DNA from: an uncultured Candidatus Poseidoniales archaeon
Lineage (GTDB): Archaea > Thermoplasmatota > Poseidoniia > Poseidoniales > Poseidoniaceae
Length of the DNA: 64,000 bases
Direction of reading: 5' to 3'
Assembly: GCA_905182185.1 (NCBI GenBank)
Contig: CAJJAP010000001.1
Span: 139,167 to 203,166, forward strand
Positions 47,827 through 63,008 of the stretch are shown piece after piece (within the stretch, counting starts at the first letter, position 1; every line of letters starts with the position of its first letter). The notes beneath the pieces were generated by a model that was given only the letters and a program-made list of their open reading frames with translations, did no database searches and was not told the DNA's origin. Made by a program: the position numbers and the translations under genes.

Positions 47827-48307
47827 GCTTGAAAAGGATTAGGATATTTGTTGAAATCGCTCAAATTAGAAGGTGAAATGCATACTTTTTAATAGATTAA
47901 TAAAGGGTGGAATCGATAAATATATCGTAACTAATAATTGCATAATGTTCAAAACAATTCACATATAATCGATTATTAATTTGACAATTATTAATCACGG
48001 CACTCGATATTGTAAAAAGCGCCCTTATTTGGCAACATAATGCCTAAATGACGACCTTGCTAGCTAGAGGGTGTTTTGTGCCAATACAGGTCACTTTCAA
48101 GCACATTTGAGCGTCTATCAAGCACTACCTTTACAAGCCTTAGGCGGGGGGTGATATGATGTAGGGAGTTGATGTGCTAAGCCAGAGTGAATAATACGAA
48201 TTTTTCAATAGAATAATTCGAATTAGTGACTATAATTATTATTGTTAATTAATATCTCTTAAAAACTCCAAACAAAAGCACATTAATAATCAATTATAAT
48301 AAATAAG
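47827..48307. other. Long AT-rich non-coding spacer between divergent aroD and gyrB, with palindromes and a less AT-rich core
   Basis: No ORF of 60 aa or more on either strand. 12-bp perfect palindromes ATAATCGATTAT (47965-76) and TAATTCGAATTA (48214-25). 8-bp CTAGCTAG (48059-66). A G-run GGCGGGGGGTG near 48144-54. Confidence 0.5.
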
Positions 48308-52989
<4,682 letters not shown>

Positions 52990-53094
52990 TTTTCTAGAGC
53001 GAGTTGTATACTCTTTGATGCGACGAGTTCAAACATAGTGAGTTATTGTCTTTGAACGCGGCGGCGCCTTGTCGTGGCAATTAGGTGAATTGAA

Positions 53095-54351
53095 ATGGAT
53101 GAGCGTGCACTAATTTTTGATTGGAATAAAGTAGACTATGATATTTCTAGGGACTCAAATAATCACCCCCATGGGATTTGGTTCGATGATGAGACTTTGA
53201 GAGACGGTTTACAGAGTCCAAGTGCGCGCAATCCAACGATTTCACAGAAAATTGAATTGTTGACCTATATGGAAAAACTAGGGATTCAAAAGGTCGATCT
53301 CGGACTACCGGGGGCAGGTCCATTCCACGTTGAGCATATCGATGCAATGCTAAGTCATATTGACGAAAATAATTTTTCAATAAGGCCTGGTGCTGCTGTT
53401 AGAACATTGATGAACGATATCCAGCCACTGGTTGATTTACAACAAAAGCATGGTCTTGAAATACAAGCAAGTGCATTTTTAGGAACTAGTCCAATACGTC
53501 AATTTACCGAAGGATGGACAATAGATAAATTATTGTCAACAATGGAAAAAGCGGTATCATTCGCAGTTGAAAATGAGGTCCCAGTTATGTTTGTCACCGA
53601 AGATACAACTCGGTCAAAGCCGGAAGATGTCAAAATGATTTATCAAAGAGCGATGGAATTGGGTGTGCGACGCTTGTGTGTTTGTGATACATGCGGCCAT
53701 GTAACCCCTAATGGAGTCAAAAAGTTGCTAAATTTCATAGATGAAGAAGTGATAAAAGATTCCGGATACATGCGAAGTGAAATTGAAGTTAACTGGCATG
53801 GTCATCAGGATAGAGGATTGGGAGTTGCCAATAATATTGCAGCAGTCGAAGCAGGTGCAGATGTCATACATGGTACTGCTTTGGGAGTTGGGGAAAGAGC
53901 AGGAAATGCCCCAATTGACCAAACACTAGTAAATTTGAAGTTAATGGGTGCTATCGATAATGATTTAACTTTGTTAAATGAATATGTAAAGAAAGCAAAT
54001 GAGTATATTGAAGTTCCACTACCACATAATTACCCAGTATTCGGAAGAGATGCCTTCGAAACCGGAACAGGTGTTCATGCTTCAGCGGTAATTAAAGCGA
54101 TGAAAAAAGGCGACCAATGGCTTGCAGACAGGGTCTATTCAGGCGTTCCTGCTGCTGATTTTGGATTAAAGCAAGTAATTCGTATTGGTCATATGGCCGG
54201 CCGTTCTAACATCATCTGGTGGCTTGAACAAAATGGAATGGAAGTAAGTGATGAACTAGTTGCTCATCTTTTTGAAATTGCCAAGAGTCAAAGAAGGAAT
54301 ATGACCGATGAAGAAGTTCATCAAGCGGTTGATTCATTCAAGAATAATTGA
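53095..54351 (+). CDS. HMGL-like family enzyme (2-isopropylmalate/homocitrate/citramalate synthase-like)
   Basis: FDDETLRDGLQSP (DxTLRDGxQ), CVCDTCG, HGHQDRGLGVANNIAAVEAGADVIHGTALGVGERAGNAP are catalytic TIM-barrel motifs of the family. No LeuA regulatory domain is evident. Confidence 0.8.
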   Translation: MDERALIFDWNKVDYDISRDSNNHPHGIWFDDETLRDGLQSPSARNPTISQKIELLTYMEKLGIQKVDLGLPGAGPFHVEHIDAMLSHIDENNFSIRPGAAVRTLMNDIQPLVDLQQKHGLEIQASAFLGTSPIRQFTEGWTIDKLLSTMEKAVSFAVENEVPVMFVTEDTTRSKPEDVKMIYQRAMELGVRRLCVCDTCGHVTPNGVKKLLNFIDEEVIKDSGYMRSEIEVNWHGHQDRGLGVANNIAAVEAGADVIHGTALGVGERAGNAPIDQTLVNLKLMGAIDNDLTLLNEYVKKANEYIEVPLPHNYPVFGRDAFETGTGVHASAVIKAMKKGDQWLADRVYSGVPAADFGLKQVIRIGHMAGRSNIIWWLEQNGMEVSDELVAHLFEIAKSQRRNMTDEEVHQAVDSFKNN

Positions 54352-54362
54352 AGATGAGAACT

Positions 54363-55703
54363 TCAACTTTCTTCTTCATCATCACCAATTCCATCGGTGT
54401 CGACATCATCATCTATTTTTGAGGAGCTCCATTCTGAATCTACTCCATCTTCATTCCATTTGCCTTCTAGTGCAAATTCATCAACATCAGATTCTTCTCT
54501 CCAAGATGGTTCACCTTGAGAGCCACAAGTAATGAACCGGCCATTCTCATCTATTTGTTGTTCTAATAGTTTCAGATGTTTGGAGATTGGTAAAAAGTGA
54601 CCTACTGGCATTCCTGCTGAAGTAAAAGGATTTGTTGCTGCACCGATTACTAAGCCGTCTTCTGGTGCGACCACATCGACTGTCATTCCAGGTGTTGCAG
54701 GATCAGATATACTGGCGATAACTTCTCCATTTTTCATCAATGTTCCTGCGCTAACAAACATATCTAGCAATCCGCCTTCACCAGCGCGAATCCAACTCGA
54801 ACCTGAAGCCAAAACTCTGAATTTTGGTCTATTTGGCTTACCCGGAATCATTTTCATAATCCGTAGAGAATTTATGACTCCATGTATTGCAACTTTGACC
54901 GATTCATGGTCCAATAAATCTGCACCACCCGCTTCATAGGTTACCGAAGGAATGTCCATGGAGTTTGCAAGTTTGCGCAAAGAACCCTTTGGTGGTTTCG
55001 AGTCCAAAATAATTTCGATGCCGAAAGCCTTCGCAAGTAAGTTGGAGCCGACATGGGCTAGGTTGGCTCTTATTTGTGGCATATTGGCCCGTCCTTTTGC
55101 AGCGCTGTGAAGGTCTATTATCGCATCAGAACCTTCAATTAAATGATGTAGTATTTGAGCAGAAACTCTTTTGGTAGTGGACCCTTTGAAGTTGCCAGGA
55201 AATTGGCGATTCAAATCTCTGCCATCAGGGAAGTATCTAGATTTTTCACGATAACCCGGAAGGTTAACCACCGGAACGATTCGAACAGTTCCTGCTAAAT
55301 TTTTCGGATCCAGTGCCTTACCAATATCGGTAAAAGAGTTGCTCAATAGATGAGTACACGCACTTGGCCCTGTTAGTTCATCACCATGTATCGCGCCTAG
55401 AATAGTAACGGTCGGGCCCGGGCGTACGCCGTGCAATATTGTCACCGGAATTGGCCAAGAATCGCCTAATTGGGCTTCTAATAAGGGTAATTCGATTGTT
55501 CTTAATGTGCCGGGTTTGACGCGCTTTCGGTAGAACCTTACATCCTTCCATTCAGCCCCTCTATCCCACTCTGGATGGTGTTCGGGTTCATGGCTGGACA
55601 TGGCTTCTTCAATGGCCATCCTGCGACTTTTTGGTATCTCTAAGGCGACGCGAACTTTGGTCTTCTTGACCCCCTTCTTGTCACCCATAAGCAGGCCTTT
55701 CAT
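54363..55703 (-). CDS. Succinylglutamate desuccinylase/aspartoacylase (AstE/AspA, M14-like) family deacylase with an acidic C-terminal tail
   Basis: LGAIHGDELTG, DLNRQFPG and IDLHSA are zinc-ligand and catalytic blocks. The tail reads DDDVDTDGIGDDEEES. Confidence 0.8.
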   Translation of the reverse strand: MKGLLMGDKKGVKKTKVRVALEIPKSRRMAIEEAMSSHEPEHHPEWDRGAEWKDVRFYRKRVKPGTLRTIELPLLEAQLGDSWPIPVTILHGVRPGPTVTILGAIHGDELTGPSACTHLLSNSFTDIGKALDPKNLAGTVRIVPVVNLPGYREKSRYFPDGRDLNRQFPGNFKGSTTKRVSAQILHHLIEGSDAIIDLHSAAKGRANMPQIRANLAHVGSNLLAKAFGIEIILDSKPPKGSLRKLANSMDIPSVTYEAGGADLLDHESVKVAIHGVINSLRIMKMIPGKPNRPKFRVLASGSSWIRAGEGGLLDMFVSAGTLMKNGEVIASISDPATPGMTVDVVAPEDGLVIGAATNPFTSAGMPVGHFLPISKHLKLLEQQIDENGRFITCGSQGEPSWREESDVDEFALEGKWNEDGVDSEWSSSKIDDDVDTDGIGDDEEES

Positions 55704-55779
55704 TCATTGACCATCAATACTACGCTTCATCGAGATGAATCACCAAAGCAAACATAGACTTTGAGCATAAGCAACCAAC

Positions 55780-56248
55780 ATGAGCGGAGTTGGAGTCCAA
55801 CGTCAATATGCAGCCAAGTCAATTTGCTTTGGCTGTGGGCCTGCAAATGACAAAGGTTTGAAGATTGATAGTTACAGAATTGACAATGGGTTGACGCCTA
55901 AAATTCACTCCAGAAGAACACCATCAGGCATTTCCTGGTATGATAAATGGTGGAATTATTGGCACATTATTAGATTGCCATGGTAATTGGACTGCAGCCA
56001 TCGCCATTATGGAAGCCCAAGGATTGGAAGAACCACCATGTACTGTAACTGCTTCATATTCTGTAAAATTGCGCCGCCCTACTCCAAAGGATTGCGAATT
56101 AGTAATTACCAGTCAGGTAAAGGAATTGAAAGATGATAGGGCTGAGATCGAATTATTATTGGAGGCCAATGGCAAGGTCTGTGCTACAGGTAGTGGTTTA
56201 TTTGTGGCAGTAAAAGAAGGTCACCCCGCTTATCACCGCTGGAATTGA
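55780..56248 (+). CDS. PaaI/hotdog-fold thioesterase, frame-disrupted as sequenced in an A-run at 55900-55903
   Basis: The N-terminal CFGCGPANDKGL piece and the C-terminal PGMINGGIIGTLLDCHGNW piece join if A4 is read as A3: ...RIDNGLTPKFTPEEHHQAFPGMINGG... Confidence 0.75.
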
Positions 56249-56257
56249 GGTGTTAAT

Positions 56258-56797
56258 TTGGCCAAAGCGAATGGCATTGCTTATGCTGCTTTACTGCAGT
56301 TGAGGGATGATGTCATACACATAATGAAAGACATGCCTGCATGGCAGAACGAAGATGTTGAAACATTAGCCGAAATCCCACTCGGTGTTCTGAGAAGAAA
56401 TGCTACTCAACGACATGGTGTTACAAGGTGGAAAAGAGGTGCTAATCTCAATACATTGACAGTTTTTGATGTAGAAGTGATAGACCTTCATCCATCTTTA
56501 TTGCTGGATGAATGGAAAGCATACGCTGCATTTGTCTTACATCATGAATATATTCACGCACTTGGTTGGAGAGCGCATGATTCTATCTTTAGAGCCTTAG
56601 AAAGTTCATGGCCAGGCACTATTAATGTCCTAGACGGGCCAAATTTCACCGATTCACTAAGATTGGCAAATGCCAAATGGCTTTGGATTTGTAAAACATG
56701 TGACAAATCATATCCTCGGCAAAAGCGAGGTAATAGAAATTACAAATGTAGGCATTGCTCTACTATCTTAATCGATCAAAGAGTACAACCTGAATGA
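56258..56797 (+). CDS. SprT-like zinc metalloprotease-fold protein with a C-terminal zinc ribbon
   Basis: VLHHEYIHALGW (HExxH) plus CKTCDKSY...CRHCS (two CxxC pairs). TTG start as listed. Confidence 0.6.
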   Translation: MAKANGIAYAALLQLRDDVIHIMKDMPAWQNEDVETLAEIPLGVLRRNATQRHGVTRWKRGANLNTLTVFDVEVIDLHPSLLLDEWKAYAAFVLHHEYIHALGWRAHDSIFRALESSWPGTINVLDGPNFTDSLRLANAKWLWICKTCDKSYPRQKRGNRNYKCRHCSTILIDQRVQPE

Positions 56798-56858
56798 ACA
56801 GTTTATATTCTATACAAGTAATCGGCTAATTCAAAGCAGAAGTCTACCAGCAAGCACT

Positions 56859-58901
56859 ATGAGAGCGGAGTCTAGGTCAACTTCGCTGGCGATCTTATTT
56901 CTCTGTATTCTTCTTTCCTCTGTTATCCCAATCTCTTCGGCTGGATTAACCGATAGTACAACAGGGGGCAAATTATTCCTAGCCTGTGATGACCTAGAGA
57001 ATTGTACATTATCATCTACAGCTGCAACTGGTGAACAAATGATTTCTCAAGATGTGGTGACAACTCCAGGGCAATCAAAGAAGGTCACTTTGGAATTTGA
57101 AATGGAGCCGCGACAAACAGAATTAGCATTACTGCCAGATATTTTAGATGAAATGATAATTGATTTACGTTTGAGAGAAGATCTAACAGGTTGGACTCGA
57201 CCAGAATTAGATGTCTCTTTGATTCTCGGTAATACGGTGACCGATTGGAATTTCCCTGCTCAGAACATACCTTCTCAAACGGCTAATGAGCCCTATAGAA
57301 TGGAAGATGAAGCGCTTAATTTGCAAAACGAAAGGTTGTTGTGGGCTGAGCAGAATGTCCGACTAAGACTAACCTTCACAATCGATAGGCCAAGTACATG
57401 GGAACTGCATCTTTGGGGAGATTCATTGTTAGAATTGACAATACCATGGTCACAAAACATTGAGGAAGCTAATAGTGATGAACCTTCAAGTGATTCTAAT
57501 CCAATAAAGGATGAATTTGAAACTGTTCATTATGGGGCATTAGTCGAAAATGATAGAGATTGTTGGGAATTTGACGTCGAAGAGCACGAATTGCTGAAGG
57601 TGATAATAATCTGGCAACCAGTACCAATTGAAATTGAACAATCTCACGGATTGCCTGATTTAATAGCGCCAAACGGTAGACTATCTGGACAACCTGAAAT
57701 AATATTTGAAGAAGATGATGAAGAAACTAGAATCTCATATCGCTGGAGGGCATTACCAGTGGGCCAATACAACCTTTGCTTCGGTGGTAAGGTTGGGGCA
57801 TTTCAATCATATTCTTGGGCTGGATTGTTAGGATTTGAAGGAATGGGCCCAATCGATCCAGATGGTTTTGAGAGTGAGTCATATTTTCCAGCAGGTTCTG
57901 CAATAATTGATGATTCTGTAACACCAATAAATCTGGAAAGAACTAGTAGCCCAATATTGGTGATAAGCATTCTATCTTTTCTCGGTTTTGGATTCGGAGC
58001 ACTACGATTAACAACATCAGCAACAGTTCGTTTCGGCCTCTTTACACCCGGTGTTATTCTCTTACTGTTTGGAGGTATAATAAGTCCAATCTGGGCATTG
58101 GCAGATGAGGTTCAACTCGAAGATGAAATTTCATTTGATGAAATGGTAGATATGAGGTTACAACAATTATGGGATGTCTCATATCCAGGAGTCCCTCAAC
58201 AAACTTTAGTCGAGCATACTGGCTCTACATGGGGTATGCTAGATGGTGAAACCTTCAAATTAAGATTAAATGTAGAACAAGCATATCCTCTACCCGATGG
58301 GAGATACCAATTATTGATTCCAGAATTACAATCATTCAGAATAGATCAGGCCATATTTTCGCAGGTAGCGGAGGGTGGCGCACAAACTAGCGATCAAGGA
58401 ATGCTAGAACAACAGACTGTGAAATTCATCTTACTCGCTGGGCGTTCGTTATTGCTGGACCTTCTACTGCTGGAAGCATTGATGGTGGTTGATGAGGAAC
58501 CGTCATCATCCATCTTCCATCTTGAGGTTGACATGGTTGAAACTAGTTCAACTGGAGCGGTTTCAGTACCTGCTTGGGGCACTAGGCCATCATTCATTTC
58601 ACAAGGTGAATGGACTAAATTACAGTATGCACTATTCCCAGAAAGAATTTCAGTCACATTATGTGATTGTGAATTGGATTTGTTAGATGTTAGATTCACA
58701 GAATCACAAGGATTTGACCTAGCGGATATTCCGGATGCAACATTGATACGGAATGCAAGTGAATTAATGGACAAATCAGTATTAATTGCAGTACTTGGTT
58801 TTGTATTATGTCTAGTAGCAACACGAATTGAGTATGTGAGGTATATGAGCGCAATCGAACTAGCGCAAACAATGCTTAAACAATCTAAATGGAATAGATG
58901 A
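56859..58901 (+). CDS. Hypothetical secreted/polytopic membrane protein (680 aa)
   Basis: Signal peptide, a ~340-aa extracytoplasmic part, a central TM pair, a second soluble domain and a C-terminal TM. I recognise no family. Confidence 0.6.
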   Translation: MRAESRSTSLAILFLCILLSSVIPISSAGLTDSTTGGKLFLACDDLENCTLSSTAATGEQMISQDVVTTPGQSKKVTLEFEMEPRQTELALLPDILDEMIIDLRLREDLTGWTRPELDVSLILGNTVTDWNFPAQNIPSQTANEPYRMEDEALNLQNERLLWAEQNVRLRLTFTIDRPSTWELHLWGDSLLELTIPWSQNIEEANSDEPSSDSNPIKDEFETVHYGALVENDRDCWEFDVEEHELLKVIIIWQPVPIEIEQSHGLPDLIAPNGRLSGQPEIIFEEDDEETRISYRWRALPVGQYNLCFGGKVGAFQSYSWAGLLGFEGMGPIDPDGFESESYFPAGSAIIDDSVTPINLERTSSPILVISILSFLGFGFGALRLTTSATVRFGLFTPGVILLLFGGIISPIWALADEVQLEDEISFDEMVDMRLQQLWDVSYPGVPQQTLVEHTGSTWGMLDGETFKLRLNVEQAYPLPDGRYQLLIPELQSFRIDQAIFSQVAEGGAQTSDQGMLEQQTVKFILLAGRSLLLDLLLLEALMVVDEEPSSSIFHLEVDMVETSSTGAVSVPAWGTRPSFISQGEWTKLQYALFPERISVTLCDCELDLLDVRFTESQGFDLADIPDATLIRNASELMDKSVLIAVLGFVLCLVATRIEYVRYMSAIELAQTMLKQSKWNR

Positions 58902-58902
58902 A

Positions 58903-59511
58903 TCAATTCTTTTCTAGAGCATCATCAATCGCTTTCTTGACATCGGCTTCTTCTAGTTCAGATTCCTCTGCTGCTTTCTTGATAGATTTAGATTCCTTTT
59001 CAGTAATTTTTCCATCCTTGGCAGCTGCTTTAATCGCTGCCTTGACGTTCATTTCTGCTGCTTCAGCATCACTGATGCCAAGTGCCTTTTGGAATGACTT
59101 TAATTCTGCTAATTCTTCTTCGGTAATGATTCCATCCTCCCATGCTGAACTGTATGCTTCAACGAGGAATTCCTTGTATGCATCTGGATTTAGGAGGACA
59201 TCACGAATTAATCCATGGTCTACGCCTGAACTGCTAGGTGCAGTTTCGAGTATTGCGATTGAACGGCGTATTTCTTTAACAGCCATATCTTTCAAACCAT
59301 GCCCAGTCCAAACTGCGCCAGCAGCAACGACGGCCGCAGCAAACCAGCGCATAACGTCTGGATCAACCAGATTTCCTGGGCTAACCAAATGGAAAATACC
59401 TAGCACAGCCATAGCTGCACCGCACATTACCTCGAACCAATCGTTCAAGTCAGGTTCGTCATCAAATACTGAAAGACGTTCTTCCACAATTGCCTCAACA
59501 TCATCGCTCAT
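58903..59511 (-). CDS. Hypothetical membrane protein with a repeated DG-x-IT-E-x-E helical motif (TerB-like?)
   Basis: Two TM segments, then WEDGIITEEELAELKSF and KDGKITEKESKSIKKA repeats. The minus strand is preferred over the Ser/Ala-rich plus-strand shadow ORF. Start at ATG 59511. Confidence 0.55.
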   Translation of the reverse strand: MSDDVEAIVEERLSVFDDEPDLNDWFEVMCGAAMAVLGIFHLVSPGNLVDPDVMRWFAAAVVAAGAVWTGHGLKDMAVKEIRRSIAILETAPSSSGVDHGLIRDVLLNPDAYKEFLVEAYSSAWEDGIITEEELAELKSFQKALGISDAEAAEMNVKAAIKAAAKDGKITEKESKSIKKAAEESELEEADVKKAIDDALEKN

Positions 59512-59665
59512 GAAATAGGCACCGTTAGCGGGGGGTATTAGGGATGTCGCATGACAAGGAAGGATTTTCGGGCAAAACAATCATGATGATTAGCAGCGAA
59601 ATATTTAATTTTTAGCAAAATGAATGGGCGCGCTCCTTTTGGACTGTTGGCGAGTATGTGGTTTT

Positions 59666-62324
59666 ATGTCGGCGCAACATAGCGAGGTGATGTCTTTAGA
59701 TTTGCCCGATAATGCAAAGAGGTTTTTTGCTGATGTATGGGGGATTAAGAAATTACATCCTCCACAATCAGAGGCTATGCCTGCTGTGCTTTCAGGGTCC
59801 AATACATTATTGGCAATACCGACTGCAAGTGGTAAGTCTCTAGTTGCTTACATTGGTATTTTACGGAAATTATTGGTTGATGATATTGGTTCAAAAGCAG
59901 TATACATCGTGCCTTTAAAGGCATTAGCCAGTGAGAAATATGAAGAGTTAAAGCAAATGGGGGACCATCTCGGTTTGAAAATCGGTCTTGGAATTGGTGA
60001 TTCGGGACGAGAAGCCGCAAATGCCGATTCGTGTGATATCCTAGTCTGTACATCGGAAAAATTAGATTCAATCATGCGTTCAAATTCAGATGTCGTTGCA
60101 AATGTTTCGATCGTAATTGCCGATGAGTTTCATCTTATGAACGATTCATCCAGGGGTCCGACCTTAGAAATAAATTTGACTAGGCTTAGATATCTAAGGC
60201 CAAAGTCACAGTTGATTGCTCTTTCCGCAACCGTTGGTAATTGTAAGGAGTTAGCAGAATGGTTAGATGCCACATTAGTGCAATCTGATTGGAGGCCTGT
60301 TGCACTGGAGTATTCCACTTTTCACGATTTACACATTGAACCTAGAATGGTTCAATCATCTCAAGTTGGTGAAGAAATAGCAAAATTGAATCCACCAAGA
60401 GATATCGAGGGTCCAAAGTCCCACCCAGCCGGAGCGATAGTAATCGATTCACTTGCCCAAGATGGACAGTTACTCGTCTTCGTCGGAACTCGCCGTTCTG
60501 CCCAATCTGAAGCTCGCACTCTTTCAAAGCGGGTCAAAAAAGTCCTGGTCAAACAAGACCCACAACGCCTGGCTAAGTTGCAAGAATTAGCCGCCAAACT
60601 TTCAAGGAATGCACTCAATCTACAATGGGCGAGTCACTATGCGAATCTATTTCAGGCGGTGTTGCGTTTCATCATGCTGGGCTAACACATACTCAAAGAA
60701 AAGAGGTTGAGTCAGCATTCAAGCAAGGGTTGTTAGTCGCTTTGACAGCGACACCGACTCTGGCAGCAGGAGTGAACTTACCTGCGAGAAGGGTGCTTGT
60801 TAGGGATATAAAACGCTGGGACGATGGAATGAGCAGGCCTCTCCCGGTAATGGAGATGCGGCAAATGCTCGGCCGTGCTGGAAGGCCAAGAGTACGATGA
60901 TTTTGGAGAGGCATGGATTCTCTGTAAGGGGACTGATGGCTGGGAATTAGCAGATGAAGTCAGCGATAAATACTTCTTTGGCCCGATTGAAGATATTACT
61001 TCTAAACTAGCCAGTGAGCCGGCCATGAGGATGCATTTGTTGTCGATGATAACATCTGGTGGAATCCCGCCTCGGGCAACTTCGTCAATTTTCGGTTTCT
61101 TTCAAGGCTACTTTCTTAGGTCATTGTATCTCATCAAGGGGTCCTTGAAGAACGCCTTGATAAGATGTTGAAATGGCTTATAGATGAGCGATTTGTACGA
61201 AAGGATGGAATCGATGAACATTTCTCGGTGAGCCATGATAGCAAGCAACAATCCGATGAGAGTTCCGATTCAGAAACAGATATGCCGGCGTGGGCAAAGA
61301 TCGCTGATTCAACAGGAGGCGTTGAATTCAAATTCCAAACAGAAAGTTATTCTCACCAATCGTATGTGAATCGGGGTTCGGCACACTCGGGTGCAACTCT
61401 TGGTTTTTCCAATGCTGCGGATCTGAGAAGTGTGGGTGGATGGGAAGCAGAACAACTCTGCTGATAACTTGGCGATGAAATATGAAGCGACGGTAATGGG
61501 GGAACGGGTCACTCAATTCTATTTGGACCCACTCTCAGCATCTATTCTGAGGCATGGCCTGCGGAGGGCAATACGTCGCTTGGTAAGAGATAACGCTCCC
61601 TGTTACTGATTTTGGATTATTGCATCTTGCAACAGCGACTCCAGATTTTTCTTCACTATGGGCTAAATCAAAGGATATGGCACAAGGTTCACCACTATGG
61701 GTCAAAACAAATTCAGTTGAAGACGAATTACTGCACGATTCATCATACGAAGAGAGATTACTCGGCTATGTGAAATCTTCATGGATGTTGGAAATGTGGA
61801 TGGATGAGAATACGCTCAGAGAAATTGAAGCAACATTAGAAGTTACTCCGGGTGATGTAAATTACCGGGTTGATATCATCAGTTGGTTAATGTCAGGTGC
61901 GCAAGCAATTCTAATGGCAGACGATGTGTTTTCAGAAGAACATATGGAGTACATCTCAAAACTATCCACTCAAATTGACATTATCAAACAAAGGGTTAGG
62001 CACGGTTGTAAGAAGGATCTGCTGCAATTGGTGAACCTCCGTTCAATTGGTAGGAGAAGAGCCAGAGAACTCTCAGCGTTAGGGTATAGGATTGCGTCTA
62101 CCGTTTAGCAGCTATGAATCAGAAAGAGATTTCAACAGCTATCTAGTAAACGTGGCTGGGGGCCAAAAATCGTTGATAATTTGCTTATTGAAGTCGGCAA
62201 ATACATCAAACGTGAAAATGCCGATAAAGGCAACTCAAAACTTGCAAAGTCTGATAATTCTCACATTGTCGAACAATTGCGAGATGATGATGTTCCCCTT
62301 AGATGGGGAGAATTGAGCGGTTGA
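59666..62324 (+). pseudogene. hel308: Hel308/Ski2-type DNA helicase, broken by at least 7 frame changes as sequenced
   Basis: PTASGKSLV (motif I), ADEFHLM (DEFH), SATVGN, VAFHHAGL, TPTLAAGVNLPARRV, GRAGRP then YDDFGEAWIL, ATVMGERVTQFYLDP, DFGLLHLATATPDF, and a C-terminal KRGWGPKIVDNLL HhH-like end. These are spread over ORFs in all three frames. Confidence 0.85.
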
Positions 62325-62355
62325 TTGAAAATAGAAGCGCTCCTGCCTCGTAACG

Positions 62356-62931
62356 ATGACAATGCCTAAGTTTCCTTGCATTGCATGGCAAAGTGACAAA
62401 CCCGTTACATCAAAACACTTGATTGGTAAGTTTCTTGAAAACAGATTTGATGAAAGATGGATGTTGGTAGCGCAACATGCAGTTCAATTTGAGCAGCAAC
62501 TTTGGACTGCTTGGAATTGCTGTGAAAGGAAGTTTTGCTAATGGCAGCCAACTCGCCAGAGGGAGGGATGCAGAATTCTTGCGCTATCTTGCCGGAACAC
62601 ATCACATTAGTGAAGCATTTTCTAGGGCTGGCATTCAAGACGGAGTTACAGCGGGGTGGATTTTATATTTACCAAAACCGATCTTGAATCAAGTTCGGGC
62701 GTTGCTCGTGCTTGCAGCCTTCAGGTTGTGAGGAGGTTATTTCTCAGCCGATTTGAATCCGATTGCCGTAAATTACTTTCAAACCTCGGATTGACAATAT
62801 GCCGATGAGGTGCCCTACTTTCTCTGCTCGAGGCGGCCCACAAATTAGGTTTGGTGACTGAGGGGATTCCCCAAGAGAACCTTCAGCAAGGATTAGTTGG
62901 GCATATTTTATCTGCTGATTTTTCAGCATAA
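62356..62931 (+). pseudogene. cgi121: KEOPS subunit Cgi121-like, broken by several frame changes as sequenced
   Basis: ARGRDAEFLRYLAGTHHISEAFSRAGIQDG parallels the archaeal Cgi121 block (A.S...EILVRASGQRQI.EAIK.IG.KDG). The N-terminal and C-terminal parts (LVGHILSADFSA*) lie in other frames. Confidence 0.6.
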
Positions 62932-63008
62932 TCGTACAATTTCAGCACAAATATGATTCTAACCTTTCGATAAGAGAGTTCAAGCACTGTGGGCCTTTAC
63001 CTAATTCT

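Noticed and set aside
48140-48200. C/D-box sRNA in the gyrB upstream spacer (ATGATGT and TGATGTG words).
   Set aside because: There is no properly placed CUGA D box or terminal complementary stem, and the C-box candidates deviate from RUGAUGA.
58898-59518. 206-aa plus-strand ORF overlapping the minus-strand gene 58903-59580.
   Set aside because: The plus-strand product is a Ser/Ala-rich string, as expected for the antisense of an E/K/A-rich helix. The minus-strand product has TM helices and repeated amphipathic motifs, so the minus strand was chosen.
62744-62929. 61-aa minus-strand ORF.
   Set aside because: It is antisense to the reconstructed C-terminal part of the Cgi121-like gene (…LVGHILSADFSA*) and shows no motifs.
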